8,285 nucleotides of DNA from a virus (taxonomy: Duplodnaviria > Heunggongvirae > Uroviricota > Caudoviricetes). The notes under the pieces are model-generated. The model did no database searches. It was not told the DNA's origin and saw nothing but the letters and a program-made list of their open reading frames with translations. Made by a program: the position numbers and the translations under genes. Below are positions 1-8,285 of the stretch, piece after piece; the first letter of the stretch is position 1, and each line of letters starts with the position of its first letter. The stretch lies in the IMG/VR virus record IMGVR_UViG_2698536484_000017. One strand, 5' to 3'.

Positions 1-244
1 AACGGGTAAGCTGGCGATTCTTGTCTCCTGCATAGCTGAATGACGTCACCAGCCCCAGTGTGTCCGTAAACTCATAACGGTATTTCACGTTAATCCCGTT
101 AAGATCATCGCTGCCGGGAACGTTCGTCGAGGCATGAAGATAGCCCGCGCTCAGCGTGGACTGATGTTCAGATGCCCATGCAGGCGCACCTGATACGGAC
201 AGACAGATGGCTGCGGACAAAATGGCTGCACAAACTTTACGCAT
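1..244 (-). CDS. lom: Lom/Ail-family outer membrane protein, N-terminal part only (gene continues past the window start)
   Basis: Reverse-complement of 1-244 translates from an ATG at 244..242 as MRKVCAAILSAAICLSVSGAPAWASEHQSTLSAGYLHASTNVPGSDDLNGINVKYRYEFTDTLGLVTSFSYAGDKNRQLTR, a signal peptide followed by sequence I recognise as near-identical to phage lambda Lom. A GAGAGG Shine-Dalgarno-like motif sits just upstream. Position immediately downstream of J matches lambda gene order. Confidence 0.85.
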   Translation of the reverse strand, partial: MRKVCAAILSAAICLSVSGAPAWASEHQSTLSAGYLHASTNVPGSDDLNGINVKYRYEFTDTLGLVTSFSYAGDKNRQLTR

Positions 245-265
245 AATTACCTCTCGCTTTTCTGC

Positions 266-293
266 AATAAAAAAGGCGCCATTTCTGGCGCCC
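266..293 (-). terminator. Putative Rho-independent terminator between J stop and lom start
   Basis: GGCGCC (275-280) and GGCGCC (287-292) form a GC-rich stem around a 6-nt loop. On the minus strand the hairpin is followed by a TTTTTTATT run (plus-strand aataaaaaa, 266-274). It lies between the J stop at 312-314 and the lom ATG at 244. Confidence 0.6.
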
Positions 294-311
294 GTATATG
301 GGTTATAAAAT

Positions 312-4807
<4,496 letters not shown>

Positions 4808-4816
4808 TCACACTCC

Positions 4817-4846
4817 ATAAACAACAAAGCCGCCCAAAAGGCGGCT
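4817..4846 (-). terminator. Putative Rho-independent terminator downstream of the lipoprotein moron, lying in the J 5' leader
   Basis: Stem AGCCGCC (4828-4834) pairs with GGCGGCT (4840-4846) around a 5-nt loop. On the minus strand the hairpin is followed by TTGTTGTTTAT. It sits 24 nt after the lipoprotein stop and just upstream of the J ribosome-binding site. Confidence 0.55.
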
Positions 4847-4870
4847 CATGAGTTACGGCAGGATTAACTA

Positions 4871-5209
4871 TTATTTACATGCATTAACACTATCAGCAAA
4901 AATTTTTGGCGTTAATGCTGGTACGCGTTCATAAAGAGTAAAACTACTGCCATTTCCTGCTTTTTTGATATCAAGCACAACATCATACCCACCCATAGCC
5001 TGTGGAACTAAAAGGCTTACCCCATTCTCAATAGGAAGGGATGTTATAGGTGTTCCATTACCAGCCCATTGTCTGGATATGCAGCCTGACAATTCATCAA
5101 TATTTTTTAATGAATTACCTTCCATTACAGGTTTTCCGGATTTTACGTAATCCAAAGATTTACATCCTGTTAAGGCAATAATCGTGCAGAATAAAATCGT
5201 TTTGTTCAT
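4871..5209 (-). CDS. Small predicted lipoprotein of unknown function (prophage moron); about 112-aa precursor
   Basis: ATG at 5209..5207 gives MNKTILFCTIIALTGCKSLDYVKSGKPV...: a short positively charged N-region, a hydrophobic core and a lipobox L-T-G-C (signal peptidase II type). Stop is TAA at 4871-4873. The gene lies in a visibly AT-rich island between I and J. The ORF track begins 4 codons earlier at a TTG, which I consider less likely than the ATG. Confidence 0.7.
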   Translation of the reverse strand: MNKTILFCTIIALTGCKSLDYVKSGKPVMEGNSLKNIDELSGCISRQWAGNGTPITSLPIENGVSLLVPQAMGGYDVVLDIKKAGNGSSFTLYERVPALTPKIFADSVNACK

Positions 5210-5214
5210 ATAGC

Positions 5215-5275
5215 TAACCAACAGAATAATTATCAGTGTTCGATATAAATATTAAATCAGTTAGAACATGAGTAA
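5215..5275 (-). promoter_or_regulatory. Candidate sigma70-type promoter region for the lipoprotein moron (weak, by-eye)
   Basis: The AT-rich stretch between the I stop (5282) and the lipoprotein start reads on the minus strand as ...TTTAAT-(16 nt)-GATAAT-(19 nt)-ATG. The -10-like GATAAT is reasonable; the -35 is poor. No clear Shine-Dalgarno motif. Confidence 0.25.
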
Positions 5276-5281
5276 ATAATA

Positions 5282-5923
5282 TTACCGCCCAATTACCACA
5301 ACCTGACCACCATCCCCTTCATCTGCCGTGCTGATCTCCTGAGATGCCACACGTGACCCCACGCGCATTTCACCGTACAGAACAGGCAGGACATTGCCCT
5401 GGGCAACCATGTTATCCAATGAGGAAAAATAGGTATTTTGCTTACCGTTATCAGTGGCTGACACTTTAGGCGTTTTGGCTTTCGGTGCCAGCATCTGCGC
5501 AACACCGCCTAAAACCATACCTGCCCCAAGAGAGAACATGAGATTACTTGCAACAATACTAAGCCCCGGCATCCAGATTGCCGTAGCAATTAGCGCCGCA
5601 CCCAGCACTGCCTGAAAAATACCGCCACTTTTGGCACCCGCCAGACGCGGTACGATGTGGATCACGGCACCATTTGCCAGCGGCTCATTAAGACGGGCAG
5701 ATAATTCGTTTTCGCCTGCATCACGCCCGGAAATGCGCACCTGATACCAGCCCTCATTCAGTTTCTGGCGAAACGCCGGAAGCTGCGTGGCCAGCGCCCG
5801 GATGGCTTCAGCCCCCGTTTTCACACGAAGGTCGATGCGGCGACCAAATCGTTGTAAATCCCCGTAAAGGCAGATGCGTGCCATGCCCGGTGACGCCAGA
5901 GGGAGTGTGTGCGTCGCTGCCAT
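5282..5923 (-). CDS. I: Tail tip assembly protein I
   Basis: ATG at 5923..5921 preceded by GAGAGG. The protein MAATHTLPLASPGMARICLYGDLQRFGRRIDLRVKTGAEAIRALATQLPAFRQKL...VLPVLYGEMRVGSRVASQEISTADEGDGGQVVVIGR matches lambda gpI at both termini, with a divergent hydrophobic middle. Its 5' end overlaps the 3' end of K by about 103 nt, as in lambda. Confidence 0.9.
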   Translation of the reverse strand: MAATHTLPLASPGMARICLYGDLQRFGRRIDLRVKTGAEAIRALATQLPAFRQKLNEGWYQVRISGRDAGENELSARLNEPLANGAVIHIVPRLAGAKSGGIFQAVLGAALIATAIWMPGLSIVASNLMFSLGAGMVLGGVAQMLAPKAKTPKVSATDNGKQNTYFSSLDNMVAQGNVLPVLYGEMRVGSRVASQEISTADEGDGGQVVVIGR

Positions 5924-6564
5924 TTGTCGGTATACCTCTCTCGTTTGCTCAGTTGTTCAGGAATATGGTGCAGCAGCTCGCCGTCACCACAGTAAATGGC
6001 GGCATGATTCGGCACCGATGAACCAAAACAGCACAGCAGCACATCGCCCGGCTGCGCCGCTGACAACGGCACCTGATACAGCCCTGTGGCCTCCAGATTA
6101 TCCAGATAGAGATTCTGACCGTTACGCCACCAGTCATCCTCGCGATGAAAATCCGGCATCTCAATCCCCGCCAGATGGTAAGCATCCCGGAACAGCGTGT
6201 AACAGTCCGTCACCCCGTGCTCAAAGCGCCGCCCGGTAAGATGTGGCACACAGCGGAACTTGTAAATCGCCCCCCGGCAGACCAGCCACCACGGCAAATC
6301 ACTCTGCACCTGCAGCCGCCGATCGGCCTCACTCAGCCAGGGCAGACCACCGGGGTGACTGTGGACCAGCGCCACAATCTCACCCTGCATTTCTGCCTGC
6401 AGCCAGTCCTCCGGCGACATCCGGAAATACTCCTCCGGCTCACCGGAGATATTCACGCAGGGAAAATATCTTTCCCCCTCCGGCGTTCTCACCACGAAGC
6501 CGCACGACTCCGCTGGCGCACATCGCCGGGCGTGCGCCAGAATCGCTGATTCTGTCTCTGTCAT
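5821..6564 (-). CDS. K: Tail tip assembly protein K (JAMM/MPN-like N-terminal region plus NlpC/P60-like C-terminal region)
   Basis: ATG at 6564..6562 (MTETESAILAHARRCAPAESCGFVV...), 4 nt after the L stop. Contains the HSHPGGLPWLSEAD motif (JAMM-like HxH...S..D) and ends ...WHASAFTGIYNDLVAASTFV. Near-identical to lambda gpK by recognition. An internal ATG at 6420 (MSPEDWL..., preceded by GGAGGA) is the alternative start that gives the classic 199-aa lambda annotation. The ORF-track extension to 6639 overlaps L and is rejected. Confidence 0.85.
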   Translation of the reverse strand: MTETESAILAHARRCAPAESCGFVVRTPEGERYFPCVNISGEPEEYFRMSPEDWLQAEMQGEIVALVHSHPGGLPWLSEADRRLQVQSDLPWWLVCRGAIYKFRCVPHLTGRRFEHGVTDCYTLFRDAYHLAGIEMPDFHREDDWWRNGQNLYLDNLEATGLYQVPLSAAQPGDVLLCCFGSSVPNHAAIYCGDGELLHHIPEQLSKRERYTDKWQRRTHSLWRHRAWHASAFTGIYNDLVAASTFV

Positions 6565-6568
6565 GGGA

Positions 6569-7267
6569 TTACTGCGAAAGTTTGTTAATGGAAAGGAAGC
6601 CGCCAAAGTTGCCGACATTATTGCGAAACTTACAGCCACTCAGGCATTTACTGCATTTATCTTTCGTGATATCGGACGTCGGCTGGTCATATTCATCCGC
6701 GACAGCCGGACCGCTATAACCGCACTCATCACCGCGATAGGTCCAGGTACAGGTGTTGGCCAGCATGATGCGCCCCGGAAAAACAGCGCCATCCGTTTCC
6801 GTCGGCGTGGACAGTACAAAAGAGGCGCTCACCGCGCTCAGTTCGCTGCACTGCTCGATGCGCCAGCGGCTGATCACCTCCTGCTCCGGATCGGCATCGC
6901 TATTTCCGTTGACGAAGTTCACCGCATCCAGAAAACGGGCGTAAACCTTACGCCTGACCACCGTTCCTCCGACCAGACTCTGCAGGTCTTCCGCCATCCC
7001 GGTGACCATGCCGTGCAGATTAGAGACTTTCAGCGTTGGCCTTGCACTGGCTCCTTTGCCGTTCATCTCAAATCCACTTCCCTGAATGGGATAGGCCTGA
7101 TACTGCCGCCCCTGCCAGGTGACTGGTTCACCTTTTTCGTTCTGCTCATTACAGAAGAAATAACGATCTCCGCCGACCTCTGTCAGATCGATTTCCCAGA
7201 GCACCACGCTGGCAGACTGCTCCGCACGGGTGCATTCATTCAGTGTTTCCTGTCGGATATTCTGCAT
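6569..7267 (-). CDS. L: Tail tip protein L
   Basis: 232-aa protein MQNIRQETLNECTRAEQSASVVLWEIDLTEVGGDRYFFCNEQNEKGEPVTWQGRQYQ...CSKCLSGCKFRNNVGNFGGFLSINKLSQ is near-identical to lambda gpL, including the C-terminal Cys cluster. Its start overlaps the M stop (TGATG). Confidence 0.92.
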   Translation of the reverse strand: MQNIRQETLNECTRAEQSASVVLWEIDLTEVGGDRYFFCNEQNEKGEPVTWQGRQYQAYPIQGSGFEMNGKGASARPTLKVSNLHGMVTGMAEDLQSLVGGTVVRRKVYARFLDAVNFVNGNSDADPEQEVISRWRIEQCSELSAVSASFVLSTPTETDGAVFPGRIMLANTCTWTYRGDECGYSGPAVADEYDQPTSDITKDKCSKCLSGCKFRNNVGNFGGFLSINKLSQ

Positions 7268-7596
7268 CAGTTCACCACCTGTTCAAACTCTGCGCTGAAC
7301 TCAACACGCAACATACTGACCCGCGACGACCATTTTGCGCAGGTCACCTTTATCTGCCGGTAGCCATAAGGCGGCGTCCACAGAAAGGCCTTCCAGCCCC
7401 CGTGCTCAGCCAGAAACGATTCCAGTGCCGTGGCCTCCTCGCGGGGAACAGAAAGCGTCACGCTGTACGTTTTCAGGTCAGCGTTCAGCCCGGCAGGCGC
7501 ACGCTGAGAATAGCCATCACCAAAGCGCACCTTTATTACGGAAGGGGCCGAAGCCACATCCATACCGGGTTTCACTTTCCAGCGGAAGGTTTTCAT
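7267..7596 (-). CDS. M: Tail tip protein M
   Basis: 109-aa protein MKTFRWKVKPGMDVASAPSVIKVRFGDGYSQRAPAGLNADLKTYSVTLSVPREEATALESFLAEHGGWKAFLWTPPYGYRQIKVTCAKWSSRVSMLRVEFSAEFEQVVN is near-identical to lambda gpM. Its ATG overlaps the H stop (ATGA). Confidence 0.92.
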   Translation of the reverse strand: MKTFRWKVKPGMDVASAPSVIKVRFGDGYSQRAPAGLNADLKTYSVTLSVPREEATALESFLAEHGGWKAFLWTPPYGYRQIKVTCAKWSSRVSMLRVEFSAEFEQVVN

Positions 7597-8285
7597 CGTC
7601 CACCTCCGGAGAACAGACCACCATCACGGGACTGCTGTTGCATAAAGTCCGCTGCTGCTTTTTTCCCGAGGTCATAAACCACCTTCAGGGCAGCCGGACC
7701 TATCTGCCCGTTCGTGCCATCGTTATTGATCTCGATGTTGTACTGCGGGGCAAATATCGCCATACCTGAACCACCAATATCCGCCACAACCCCCAGCTTA
7801 CCGTCAGCACCACGACGCAGAGGCAGAATGGCTTCAGGCCCAGCTTCCCCCATCACACCTGCACCTTTTGCAAAAGCAAAAAACGTCGGACGGTTAACCA
7901 CCGTGCCACTGTAGCGACTCAAATCAGCAGACTGATAAACACCACCATCAGCATTGGGCGTCACACTGGCAGTTGCTGCACTCCCCCAGCCAAACGCCGA
8001 ACCAATCCCCTTAACTGCCTGCATCATGGACATCTGAGCCATGATTTTTGCCAGATCAGAAAGGAGCGAGGCGGTAAAAGATTTGAAGTTCAGTTTTCCG
8101 GTGGTACAGAATGTAGCCAGTGCATTACCTGCACTATTAAATGCCGCTGTAAGCATCTGCTCCGCAGTGCCTGCCGCATTATCCGCATCTGCCGTGAAAT
8201 TCTGAAACGCCCGCATGGCACCGTTTTTCCAGTTACCCTGAGCAATTTCAAGCTGTTGCCAGTAACGGCGATTCTCATTCAGTTG
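7593..8285 (-). CDS. H: Tail tape measure protein H, C-terminal part only (gene continues past the window end)
   Basis: The frame is open from the window edge (QLNENRRYWQQLEIAQGNWKNGAMRAFQNFTADADNAAGTAEQ...GGLFSGGGR) to a TGA at 7595-7593. Gly/Ala-rich C-terminus and position immediately upstream of M match the lambda gpH C-terminus. The ATG at 8216 in the ORF track is internal. Confidence 0.85.
   Translation of the reverse strand, partial: QLNENRRYWQQLEIAQGNWKNGAMRAFQNFTADADNAAGTAEQMLTAAFNSAGNALATFCTTGKLNFKSFTASLLSDLAKIMAQMSMMQAVKGIGSAFGWGSAATASVTPNADGGVYQSADLSRYSGTVVNRPTFFAFAKGAGVMGEAGPEAILPLRRGADGKLGVVADIGGSGMAIFAPQYNIEINNDGTNGQIGPAALKVVYDLGKKAAADFMQQQSRDGGLFSGGGR

Noticed and set aside
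4965-5150. Plus-strand 61-aa ORF inside the moron
   Set aside because: It is antisense to the better-supported lipoprotein ORF and has no signal or start context.
4871-5221. TTG start at 5221 for the lipoprotein ORF (MVSYMNK...)
   Set aside because: The ATG four codons downstream gives a canonical n-region/h-region/lipobox signal peptide, so the TTG extension is unnecessary.
5821-6639. The 272-aa version of the K ORF starting at 6639 (MAVSFAIMSATLAASFP...)
   Set aside because: The extension overlaps the 3' end of L and begins at a non-ATG codon. K homology starts at MTETES (ATG at 6564).
6563-7769. Plus-strand ORFs 6563..7363, 7243..7677 and 7335..7769
   Set aside because: Antisense to the well-supported L, M and H genes, with no ribosome-binding site and compositionally odd proteins.
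8090-8278. Minus-strand 62-aa ORF in another frame within H
   Set aside because: It overlaps the tape-measure frame, which is open to the window edge and has clear H-like sequence.

Overview
This window is the distal end of a lambda-like (lambdoid siphovirus) tail gene cluster, almost certainly a prophage in an Escherichia/Shigella-type genome. Every real gene is on the minus strand, in transcription order H (tape measure, 3' end only) - M - L - K - I - [small lipoprotein moron] - J - lom (5' part only). Assignments rest on my recognition of the translated ORFs as close homologues of the phage lambda proteins; no database search was run. Two things stand out. First, the J (tail tip / host specificity) gene is split by a direct tandem duplication of an internal ~1097-bp segment (about 1208-2303 and 2305-3400). 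Because 1097 is not a multiple of 3, the reading frame shifts at the junction and J appears as two ORFs (2213..4804 and 312..2288). Second, a low-GC insertion of about 480 bp between I and J carries a small predicted lipoprotein gene with its own terminator, which is a typical moron structure. The long plus-strand ORFs in the track are antisense artefacts of the GC-rich coding sequence. I found no tRNA, rRNA, CRISPR array or transposase signature.
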